From Candidatus Aminicenantes bacterium (GTDB taxonomy: Bacteria > Acidobacteriota > Aminicenantia > Aminicenantales > Aminicenantaceae), in NCBI GenBank assembly GCA_020344415.1, contig CP070825.1:4221299-4285298 (forward strand): 64,000 nt of DNA, in the 5' to 3' direction. Every line of letters starts with the position of its first letter. Within the stretch, counting starts at the first letter, position 1. Of the stretch, positions 1 to 8,125 are shown piece by piece. The notes under the pieces are model-generated. The model worked only from the letters and a program-made list of their open reading frames with translations, made no database searches and was not told where the DNA came from. The position numbers and the translations under genes are program-made.

Positions 1-435
1 CAGTACACGTTAACCCTGGCATCGACAGAAGGAGGAAGCATCGATCCATCCGCTGGCGCTTATTTGTATGATGAGGGAACAGAAGTGACAATAACAGCCG
101 CACCCTCCCAGGGATATAGATTCAGCGGCTGGACAGGTGATGTGCCTTCAGGGCAGCAAAGTGACAATCCTCTTACAGTCACCATGGATTCAGATAGATC
201 GATTACAGCCAATTTCATCCGGCAGTACACGTTAACCCTGGCATCGACAGAAGGAGGGACGACAGATCCCTCGCCGGGAACCCATCTATGTGATGAGGGA
301 ACAGAGATTACAGTAAAGGCAATCCCGGACATAGATTACAAGTTCAGTGGATGGAGCGGGGATGCCTCAGGAGAGGATAATCCGATCATTATTTCCATGG
401 ATTCTGATAAAACAGTAACCGCCAATTTCACTCGC
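1..435 (+). repeat. In-frame tandem repeat, 222 nt + 213 nt, encoding the two B-repeat modules
   Basis: Positions 1-35 and 223-257 are identical (cagtacacgttaaccctggcatcgacagaaggagg). The rest of each unit is diverged but colinear. Confidence 0.85.
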
Positions 436-735
436 ATTATCTATCCTCCTTTAAATTTTGCAGGGCAGAAGATTTCAAATCGGGCTCTTTTTTATATTGA
501 ATTCATCAACGAACTTTCCTGGAATGCAAACCCGAAGAATGCAGACGCTGATATAGCAAAATACCGGATTTACCAGGTAGATGGAGGAAGCAGGAGTCAG
601 TTGGTTGAGTTAGATGCCGATACTTTTAAATATTATCATCGGAATATAGAGCAAAGTAAGACATATGTATACATTTTAGTTGCCGTAGCTAGTGACGGTA
701 ATGAAGGTGAATCGACTTCTGTAACCGTTCTATAG
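1..735 (+). CDS. Secreted/surface protein, 3' part (5' end lies outside the window): two InlB-B-repeat-like (Listeria-Bacteroides repeat) modules plus a C-terminal Fn3-like beta domain
   Basis: The frame of ORF 64..735 stays open back to position 1 (CAG TAC ACG = QYT). Two copies of QYTLTLASTEGG..DEGTE(V/I)T..GY(R/K)FSGW(T/S)GD..NP..MDSD..(I/V)TANF, the pattern of divergent InlB B-repeat domains. The last ~95 aa are beta-rich. Confidence 0.7.
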   Translation, partial: QYTLTLASTEGGSIDPSAGAYLYDEGTEVTITAAPSQGYRFSGWTGDVPSGQQSDNPLTVTMDSDRSITANFIRQYTLTLASTEGGTTDPSPGTHLCDEGTEITVKAIPDIDYKFSGWSGDASGEDNPIIISMDSDKTVTANFTRIIYPPLNFAGQKISNRALFYIEFINELSWNANPKNADADIAKYRIYQVDGGSRSQLVELDADTFKYYHRNIEQSKTYVYILVAVASDGNEGESTSVTVL

Positions 736-914
736 GCACAATGAAACCACATCTTGCTTCTCGCTTCTATCCGATTTTTCGTATCAAATCAGTTTGACTT
801 CTGATTTTCCATATGGTAGAAGCTACAGAGTGAATTAATAGGCGAAAGTGAAACAAAAAAGAGTGAGAATCGCATCGTTAGCAATATAAAATTGCCAATG
901 CATATAAAGGAGAG

Positions 915-1133
915 ATGAGCATGGTTATATGGACTGTCATTGTTTTGGTGTTAGCTTTCATAGGAATTCTTACAAACCTTATATGGGGAAATGTTATTAA
1001 AATGCCTTTCCAGGACATTCTCCTGTTCTTGATTGCCCTGGGTATATTGGTGAGGATTAGGTATAAATCCAAAGAAGCTGAAAAGGAGAAGCTGAAAGAA
1101 AAAGTTGATGAGCTGAGTTCGGAGAACGAATAG
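915..1133 (+). CDS. Small membrane protein (2 predicted TM helices, charged coiled-coil tail), unknown function
   Basis: 72-aa ORF with AAGGAG upstream. Hydrophobic segments VIWTVIVLVLAFIGIL and ILLFLIALGILV, then a KSKEAEKEKLKEKVDEL tail. No family recognised. Confidence 0.4.
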   Translation: MSMVIWTVIVLVLAFIGILTNLIWGNVIKMPFQDILLFLIALGILVRIRYKSKEAEKEKLKEKVDELSSENE

Positions 1134-1319
1134 CAGGAACAAGAATTTTTTAGTTACCTTACCGTCTCAATTCCGCTGTCATATTTGTGCTTGATTTTCT
1201 ATATGAAAACTGTAGCTGTGTATCCCCCAGTCAAATACGCGCTGTTTGTTTCCCTGCTAATTATACAACTAAGTCCGTCTAAACTGGGGTAAATGACAAT
1301 TAATTAAGGAGGAATGAGG

Positions 1320-3074
1320 ATGAAACTTAAAACTCTTCTTTGTTTAATTATAGCTATGGCTTGCCTCATATGCATTGTGATGGAGGCAGATGGCCTGACC
1401 AAAGAAAAGAGGGCGATTCTTATTTATGCTTCCCGGTATGGAAGCACTGCCCAGACATCCGAATGGATTGCTGAAGGCATGAAGGGGTTGCCAAGAGTCG
1501 TCTCTACTAAGGAAGCCGGCGATCTGACCTCTTTCGATGTAGTGATCCTGGGATCGCCCATCTACATGGAAAAGCTTCACGTGGATATGCAGACTTTCCT
1601 GGATGCGAGAAAAGAAGAGCTCAAAGGCAAAGAAGTCATTATTTTTGTAGTGTGTAGTACTCCTCCTCCTGAGGCCCAGAAATATCTTGATATGTTTGCT
1701 TCCGAAGGCGGGGTAACTCCCGTCTTGATGAAAGCGTTTGGGGGTTGGATAAAAAAAGACCTGCTCTCCCCCCAGGACTATAAGCTCTTGGAGAATTATT
1801 TTAAGAACATAAACCAGCCTTTTGAAGATTCTGACCAGACGGATAAAATCTTATGCCTTCAGTTCGGCAGAGAGATACTTGAAAGGATTTCAACTAAAGA
1901 GAAACAGGAACAGATTCTTGCAATCAAGAACGCTCATATCTATCCAGTGACAAGCAGTGAGATTCCATCAGGAGTATTGTTGGTAAAGGGAAATAGGATT
2001 ATGGCCGTGGGAGCTGATGTTTCAATTCCTGCTGAAGCACGTGTGATTGATGCTCAAGGGAAGCATGTCATTCCAGGGATAATAGAAAGCCATTCCCACA
2101 TGGGGCAGAAGCTACTCTGGAAAGGTCCTGTAACAGGCTCTGACAACAATGAGCTGTCCGAGCCGGTCAATGCCCATTGCCGTGCCATAGACGGATTGGA
2201 TACGAGCGATGTTGCATTCGGGACAGCCCTTGAAGGTGGAATCACATCCATGAACATAATAACTGGGAGCCGAAGTCCGAACAGCGGTCAGGCTGTAGTA
2301 GTAAAGCTCCGCGGCGGAACAGCAGAAGAGATGTTCCTGGCCCATGGAGGGATGAAGTTCGCCATTCGTGCCACAGAGCGCCGCAGAAATTTCCCCAAAA
2401 ATATTGAAGAAGTGGGTACATTGTTGCGCTATCAGCTCAAAGCTGCCCAAGACTATATGAAAGCATGGGAACAGTATAGATCCGGCGAGATCACCGAAGC
2501 ACCGAAGAGAGACCTTAAACTCGAAGCGCTCAGCAAAGTTCTCACAAGGGAATGGATCGTTGGTGTACACTCGAGCACAGAGAAACTAATGCGTATTCCC
2601 GTGGAGTTAAAAAAGGAATTTAATCTTGACCTTTATATTATCCACGGATTTGGCGTGGAAGATTTAGCAGAGGAGCTTGCAGAGCTTGGAATTCCTGTAA
2701 GTTTTGGTCCTGTCTTTTCTGGATCTAACAGAGAACACCCGTGGTTGGAAGGTCCGGTGAAGTTTGTAAGGTTAGGGGGAAAATTGAGTTTCCAGGAGGA
2801 CCACCCTGATGGTCCTCAGTACTATCTCCGGCACAGCGCTGCCCTTTTCGTCCGAAAGGGATTGTCAAAGGAAGATGCTCTTCGTGCCCTTACGATCAAT
2901 CCAGCAGAGTTGTTGAGGCTCAAAGAGCGTATCGGGAGTCTTGAGCCTGGAAAAGATGCAGATTTCTTGATTTTGAGCGGACCGCCACTCGAATGGGAAA
3001 GCCTTGTGGAAAAGGTGTTCGTCGAAGGAAAAGAGGTCTACAACCGCAATACTAGATATAATGTCTTTAAATAA
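1320..3074 (+). CDS. Flavodoxin-like domain fused to a metal-dependent amidohydrolase (imidazolonepropionase/Xaa-Pro-dipeptidase-like), with N-terminal signal/anchor
   Basis: The second ATG (1320) has AAGGAGG 7 nt upstream. The N-terminus KLKTLLCLIIAMACLICIV is hydrophobic. ILIYASRYGSTAQTSEW..VVILGSPIY fits a flavodoxin-like (HemG/Flavodoxin_5-type) fold. PGIIESHSHMG is the amidohydrolase HxH motif. The C-terminal GSLEPGKDADFLIL..VFVEGKEVY is a typical amidohydrolase end. Confidence 0.8.
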   Translation: MKLKTLLCLIIAMACLICIVMEADGLTKEKRAILIYASRYGSTAQTSEWIAEGMKGLPRVVSTKEAGDLTSFDVVILGSPIYMEKLHVDMQTFLDARKEELKGKEVIIFVVCSTPPPEAQKYLDMFASEGGVTPVLMKAFGGWIKKDLLSPQDYKLLENYFKNINQPFEDSDQTDKILCLQFGREILERISTKEKQEQILAIKNAHIYPVTSSEIPSGVLLVKGNRIMAVGADVSIPAEARVIDAQGKHVIPGIIESHSHMGQKLLWKGPVTGSDNNELSEPVNAHCRAIDGLDTSDVAFGTALEGGITSMNIITGSRSPNSGQAVVVKLRGGTAEEMFLAHGGMKFAIRATERRRNFPKNIEEVGTLLRYQLKAAQDYMKAWEQYRSGEITEAPKRDLKLEALSKVLTREWIVGVHSSTEKLMRIPVELKKEFNLDLYIIHGFGVEDLAEELAELGIPVSFGPVFSGSNREHPWLEGPVKFVRLGGKLSFQEDHPDGPQYYLRHSAALFVRKGLSKEDALRALTINPAELLRLKERIGSLEPGKDADFLILSGPPLEWESLVEKVFVEGKEVYNRNTRYNVFK

Positions 3075-3111
3075 TATTGAGATATGAGTTAGGTCATGAA
3101 AGGATTCTGCG

Positions 3112-4293
3112 ATGGTTAAAAACTATTTAAGAATTATCATAATAACCTTTCTCCTTTTGTGGGTTCCCATCAGTGCTTTAACAGAGAAGAGCCTTCTTGT
3201 CATAAAAGGAGGAGAGATTCACACTATTTCAGCAGGCGTGATTCAAGACGGCATGATCTTCCTAGAGAATGGAAAGATTCGCTCAGTCGGAAAGAACATT
3301 TCGATTCCCAAAGGGGCAAGGATCATCGACGCCGATGGTTTGATTGTCACACCAGGAATTATCGATGCGCGGTCCAGATTTAGCTTGAGGGTACCACGGA
3401 GAAGCAAAAACTTTTTTAATTCCGCCCGGAAGGCTATAGACTTCTTCAAGCCTGTAGAAGAATCAACATGGCTCAAGTGCGGGGTCACTGCGACTTATAT
3501 TACGCCTCCAGCGCAAGATCTTCTCGGAGGTTTCGGAGCCGTTGTGAAACTCGTTGGGGGCAAAGAAGAAGCGGTAGTAAGTGATGCAGCAGGTATGAGC
3601 GTATCTTTTGGAGAATCCGCACTTAAAGGCCTCAACACTCCAACCACTCGGCAGGGTAGAGTTGGAAGGTTACGGCAGGAATTTGTTCGTGCCAACGAGT
3701 ATAAGGAGCTAGGAAAAAAAGGGGCAGAGACAGAAACAGCTGATCCCCAGTATGAAGCCATCCTTAGAGTATTGAGCCGCGAGGTTCCTCTTCGGGTTTT
3801 CGCGAACAATCCAGACGATATCATGACATCTCTTCGCTTTGCAAAGGAGTTTAACCTGAGGATTGTCATCGATTCAGGCGCAGCAGCCCATAGGGTTGCT
3901 CGTTTTCTTGCAAAGGCACAAGTCCCTGTCGTGGTCGGTCCGAGCATCATGGGGCTTGGAAGTGGCGGACCATTGGAAATGATTGCCCACACACCAGAAA
4001 ATGCAGGCCGGCTGTACAGGGCTGGAGTCAAAGTTGCCCTCAGTACTGACAGCCGTGGCGGCCGCTCTGTTCTCTCAGAAGGAGTTATCGCCAAGAGCCA
4101 TGGGCTTCCAGAAGACATTGCATTGCGAGCAGTAACTCTGAGCGCTGCTGAAATACTCGGCGTTGCTGACCGTTTAGGAAGTATAGAGCCGGGAAAAGAC
4201 GCAGACATCATCATATGGAAGGGACATCCGTTGAACACATGGGGAGAAACAAGAATAGTCATCGTTAGCGGTAAAGTCGTATATGAAAGATAA
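3112..4293 (+). CDS. Amidohydrolase-family paralogue lacking the HxH metal motif (possible pseudoenzyme or partner subunit), signal peptide
   Basis: Colinear with the upstream amidohydrolase domain (PGIID-ARSRF aligns to PGIIE-SHSHM, so both His are replaced by Arg). C-terminal GSIEPGKDADIIIW..VIVSGKVVYE. 37-nt gap to the upstream gene. Confidence 0.8.
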   Translation: MVKNYLRIIIITFLLLWVPISALTEKSLLVIKGGEIHTISAGVIQDGMIFLENGKIRSVGKNISIPKGARIIDADGLIVTPGIIDARSRFSLRVPRRSKNFFNSARKAIDFFKPVEESTWLKCGVTATYITPPAQDLLGGFGAVVKLVGGKEEAVVSDAAGMSVSFGESALKGLNTPTTRQGRVGRLRQEFVRANEYKELGKKGAETETADPQYEAILRVLSREVPLRVFANNPDDIMTSLRFAKEFNLRIVIDSGAAAHRVARFLAKAQVPVVVGPSIMGLGSGGPLEMIAHTPENAGRLYRAGVKVALSTDSRGGRSVLSEGVIAKSHGLPEDIALRAVTLSAAEILGVADRLGSIEPGKDADIIIWKGHPLNTWGETRIVIVSGKVVYER

Positions 4294-4303
4294 GGAAAAA
4301 GGA

Positions 4304-4323
4304 ATCAGGTCTTGCTTTTTGCC
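4304..4323. repeat. Single copy of intergenic repeat module A (ATCAGGTCTTGCTTTTTGCC)
   Basis: Near-identical to 11764-11781, 34076-34094 and 56314-56332. It lies 11 nt after the stop at 4293. Confidence 0.5.
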
Positions 4324-4425
4324 TAAACCCACTTTCCAATCTTCTACCACACCATTTTTAAAATAGCTGTTACCTTTTTACTATTGTTGACCACGTTATT
4401 TTCTGTGTGCTATGTTTATTAATGG

Positions 4426-6270
4426 ATGACCACAGCAAAGAACGGTAGGATTTGGCAAGGGATTGGCCGAGCCGATAAAAAAGTAGTCTCAATATTTATA
4501 TTAGCAGTTTTCATCCTCCTTTCTCTTTTGCTCAACTGGCCCTACCTAAAAGGTGGATTCTATGGGGACGACCTTCTCTTCCTGAATATGCTGCATCAGG
4601 ACCCTCTGCCTTTTTCATGGTGGAAGGGATTATGGTCAGTAACAGACGTATCGGATTTCGCCAACCTCTGGTGGATGGAAGCAAGCAGCACAGGAGAGGG
4701 ATTCTGGAGACCAGTGGCAAGCTTTGTCTATATCGGCTTTATAGAAGTATTCGGCGAAACTGCCTTTCCTCTTCACTTGCTGTCCGTGCTCCTCCATGGA
4801 TGCGTTGCTTTCACGCTCTTCCTCATTGTCAGGAGACTCACGCAGAAAACGCTTATAGCCTTTCTTTCCGGGCTTTTTTTTCTATCCTGTGAAGATCACA
4901 GCATGGTCATAGGATGGATCGCAACCATGACTGATATTCTGTGTGTCTTTTTTATCAATCTTTCCATCCTCTGCCATATAGCCTGGCTTAAGAAACGGCG
5001 CCTTTGGATCATGGCTTGTTCTCTGATAGCTCTGGTCCTTGCACTAGGATGCAAGGAAAGCGCAGCTGTTGCCCCTCTTGTTTTGATTCTTATGGCGTTT
5101 CTGATGCCTGAAGGAAGGGATAAGGAAGGGACAACCATAAGTATGAAAACAACCCGAAGACGCATTCCTCCATTCCTTCGTGATTGGTCGTCATGGCTCC
5201 CTGCCCTACTGATTCTTGTCATATATATGGTCCTTTACAACATTCTTAAACTCGGGGGCATAAACAGTTTGATGTATGTTGATCCTTTTACGCAACCAGT
5301 TAACTATCTTTCCCATCTTGTATCCAATCTGCCCGTCATGTGGCTTGCTGCCCTCTCGCCTGTTCCTCCCAGTATATTCTGGTTTTTTCCTGCAACTCTT
5401 ATCTTTCTTGCCCTAGCTGGATTTGTTCTTTTTGCTCTGTGGATATGGGCTCTATTTCCATTTATCCGCAGACCTCTTGTCTTATGGGCCTTGATTGTTT
5501 TCCTTCTTGCTCTTCTTCCTCAAATGGGAACTGACGCCAGCGAAAGGGGGCTTTATTTTCCGATTGCAGCTGCAGGGATTCTCCTTGCCATATCTCTCGC
5601 TCAGATCGGTCCCTTGGCCAAACGATTGATGCCGCAGGGGCCGCGAATGCCAGCCTTAACGAGAATCTTTGGGTGGTTTGTTCTCGTGGGAGTCCTTGTA
5701 CCAGGATTAGTCCTGTCCTCCTTCTATCCCTTCAGCTTCCTCCCAAGTTTTAATAAGATGGAGAAAGATGCTTTGACAGCCAAGCCTTTCATAGAGGAGA
5801 GAAGACCCGATCATATTATTGTTCTTAATACGAACGGTCCTTTTATCACTTTTTACTTTGGAGGGACTCTTAAATATTATTTAGGATATCCCGTTGACCT
5901 AAGAGTGCTTTCCGCATGTAATGCCGTTATCTCAGTGGAGCCCACTGGAGATAATTCATTTGTCATTCGCGCCGACAGGAAAGGATGGCTTTCCAATGCG
6001 TTTGCCAAAATTTTAAGAACAGACCCTACGCTGCAGAAAGGAAAAGTTTACAAGAATAATCTGTTTTCAGCTACACTTCTTGAATTAACTCCAGACAAAA
6101 CAGATGTTCTCTCTGTCCGTTTTGACATAGCTAAATCCTTAGTGCATCAGTCTCTGCTGTTCCTTTATTGGGACGGCAAGAGCTTTCGCGCCATGGATTT
6201 TGGAGCATTGGGCGAGGGAGAGGAAGTCGTGCTGGCTGACACCTCTAACATTTGGGACAGCATGTATTAG
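4426..6270 (+). CDS. Polytopic membrane protein, GT-C-like (ArnT/PMT family 39-like glycosyltransferase candidate)
   Basis: 614 aa with more than 10 hydrophobic helices. There is an acidic YGDDLLFLN motif after TM1, as in the first periplasmic loop of GT-C enzymes, and a soluble C-terminal ~170 aa. The function call is tentative. Confidence 0.55.
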   Translation: MTTAKNGRIWQGIGRADKKVVSIFILAVFILLSLLLNWPYLKGGFYGDDLLFLNMLHQDPLPFSWWKGLWSVTDVSDFANLWWMEASSTGEGFWRPVASFVYIGFIEVFGETAFPLHLLSVLLHGCVAFTLFLIVRRLTQKTLIAFLSGLFFLSCEDHSMVIGWIATMTDILCVFFINLSILCHIAWLKKRRLWIMACSLIALVLALGCKESAAVAPLVLILMAFLMPEGRDKEGTTISMKTTRRRIPPFLRDWSSWLPALLILVIYMVLYNILKLGGINSLMYVDPFTQPVNYLSHLVSNLPVMWLAALSPVPPSIFWFFPATLIFLALAGFVLFALWIWALFPFIRRPLVLWALIVFLLALLPQMGTDASERGLYFPIAAAGILLAISLAQIGPLAKRLMPQGPRMPALTRIFGWFVLVGVLVPGLVLSSFYPFSFLPSFNKMEKDALTAKPFIEERRPDHIIVLNTNGPFITFYFGGTLKYYLGYPVDLRVLSACNAVISVEPTGDNSFVIRADRKGWLSNAFAKILRTDPTLQKGKVYKNNLFSATLLELTPDKTDVLSVRFDIAKSLVHQSLLFLYWDGKSFRAMDFGALGEGEEVVLADTSNIWDSMY

Positions 6271-6422
6271 TATTAGAAAATTAGTTATCTGATATAACGG
6301 GACAGAGGTAGCGAAGCTAAATTTTTCTTTTCCGTAATAAGGAGTGATAAGCTTCAGGTTTAAGGATTTCGACTGATAATAATTTGTTTCTTTGTGTCGT
6401 TTTCTGAGAAAGGAGGCAAATC

Positions 6423-7913
6423 ATGCAAGTAATCCGCTCAAAAACAATTTTTGCTTTTGGGGCAGCATTAGCAATCATTTTTATATCTTTCTGCTGCACT
6501 CAACCAGATGAGCCATCAGGAGAGGATATCATTAAAGGTAATCTTGGCCCTGAGATCGAAACAAAATTGGAATCAATGATTAAAAATGTCATTGAGGCGT
6601 ATGACCTACCGGGTCTGGCTATAGGCATTGTCATGGATAACGAGATCGCTTACGCGCGGGGTTTTGGATTTAAAAACATAGATAAGAGCTGGCCCATAAC
6701 AAGCAAGACATTATTCCATATGGCATCGATTTCGAAGCCTTTTGTAGCTACAGCGATCATGCAGCTGGTCGAGCAGGACAAAATCAACCTGGAAGCTCCA
6801 GTCACCACTTACCTTCCATACTTCAAACTTAATGATGAGCGCTACAAAGAAATCACGATACAACAGATGCTTAGTCATGTTTCCGGCATGCCTGATGTCA
6901 TGGATTATGAGTGGGATAAGCCCCAATACGACCCAGGGGCGCTGGAAAGGTACGTGCGCAGCCTGACCGATCGAAAAATGCGATTTCGCCCCGGTCAAAG
7001 ATACGCATACAGCAATATGGCTTTTGAATGCCTGGGAGATGTTATCGCAAAAGTCTCTGGTATGTCCTTTGCTGATTACGAAAAGAAACACATCCTTGAT
7101 CCGGCTGGAATGAAGGATAGTACTTTCCTTAAGCCTCATCATCTTCCCGAAAACTGGGCGGCCGGTCACCTCCGGAGCATCAAGACCATTGCCTGGGATG
7201 GGTATCCTTACAACCGGAGGCATGGACCAAGCTCTACGCTCCACTCGAATGCTCTGGAGATGTGTAACTGGGCGATAACCAACATAAACCGGGGGACTTT
7301 CCAGAAGAATCAAATCCTAAAGTCCTCAAGTTATGATGTACTCTGGAAGCCTTGGACCCAAACCGGAAGGAAAGGAATTGGGCAATCAGTTGGGTTGAGC
7401 TGGTTCCTGGGGGAATATAAGGGCGAAAAAACCGTTGGACACGGAGGAGGAGATGTGGGTTTTAACACGAACTTTATCATGCTTCCTGAAAAATCCATGG
7501 CTGTTGTCGTGCTTTGCAACTTCATCCCAGCTCCGGTCAGCTATATATCAGACGCGGCTCTGGACATCCTGCATGGTTATGAGCCCAGGGGTTTCACGCC
7601 TCCCGCGAGTATTCGGGTCGGCAAAACATTGGCGGAGAAGGGTCCTGAGGCAGCCGTTAAACAATGGAATTCCATGAAAGAAGAGCACGCTGCTGAATAT
7701 GATTTCAATCCGAGGCAGTATTATCGCCTTGTAGGTCCGACCCTGGAATTGAATAGGGCAGAAGATGTAAAAAAGCTTATTCAGCTATGCCTGAAGATAT
7801 TACCGGAACATGATATGAAAAATATCACAAGAGTTATTACATCTTATGTGAAGCGCCATCCGGATAACAAGGCTGGCCCGGCTGCGCTGGAAATCCTCAG
7901 GAAAAGACAATGA
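6423..7913 (+). CDS. Serine hydrolase, beta-lactamase/PBP fold (class-C/EstB-like), exported
   Basis: SxxK motif (ASISKPF), YxN motif (YAYSNMAF) and HGG in the KTG position (GHGGGDVGF). Hydrophobic N-terminus. RBS GAAAGGAGG. Confidence 0.85.
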   Translation: MQVIRSKTIFAFGAALAIIFISFCCTQPDEPSGEDIIKGNLGPEIETKLESMIKNVIEAYDLPGLAIGIVMDNEIAYARGFGFKNIDKSWPITSKTLFHMASISKPFVATAIMQLVEQDKINLEAPVTTYLPYFKLNDERYKEITIQQMLSHVSGMPDVMDYEWDKPQYDPGALERYVRSLTDRKMRFRPGQRYAYSNMAFECLGDVIAKVSGMSFADYEKKHILDPAGMKDSTFLKPHHLPENWAAGHLRSIKTIAWDGYPYNRRHGPSSTLHSNALEMCNWAITNINRGTFQKNQILKSSSYDVLWKPWTQTGRKGIGQSVGLSWFLGEYKGEKTVGHGGGDVGFNTNFIMLPEKSMAVVVLCNFIPAPVSYISDAALDILHGYEPRGFTPPASIRVGKTLAEKGPEAAVKQWNSMKEEHAAEYDFNPRQYYRLVGPTLELNRAEDVKKLIQLCLKILPEHDMKNITRVITSYVKRHPDNKAGPAALEILRKRQ

Positions 7914-8125
7914 GTTAGAGCGAACGAGATAATCCTAGCGTCCTTGTCCCCCCTGCGGTGATATAAATAGTAACGCTTGTTGCTGGCATAATTCTTCACC
8001 TTCTAAGTCTTGTTCGCCTCCTGCCTTGTCTCTGGATACAACCGGCGACAAGCCCCCCCCTCTTTGGGATGGGGTTCGTTCTATTTCGAACCATTATCCA
8101 ATTTCGGAAGAGGAAATTAAGGCTT

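Noticed and set aside
3495-4262. Long antisense ORFs inside well-supported genes (for example 3495..4262, 6711..7313, 21580..22224, 36106..36756, 12895..13401)
   Set aside because: These are shadow ORFs opposite genes with clear family motifs. Their translations are low-complexity or Ser/Pro/Arg-rich with no motifs and no RBS.
8010-8125. Apparent similarity between the 7914-8125 gap and the 49290-49400 gap (shared words gaaattaagg, ctaagtct, ttcgaa(a)cc, ttggg(a)tgggg)
   Set aside because: The shared words are only 8-10 nt and occur in different order and orientation. I cannot show a colinear alignment by eye, so it is not reported as a repeat. A dot-plot would settle it.
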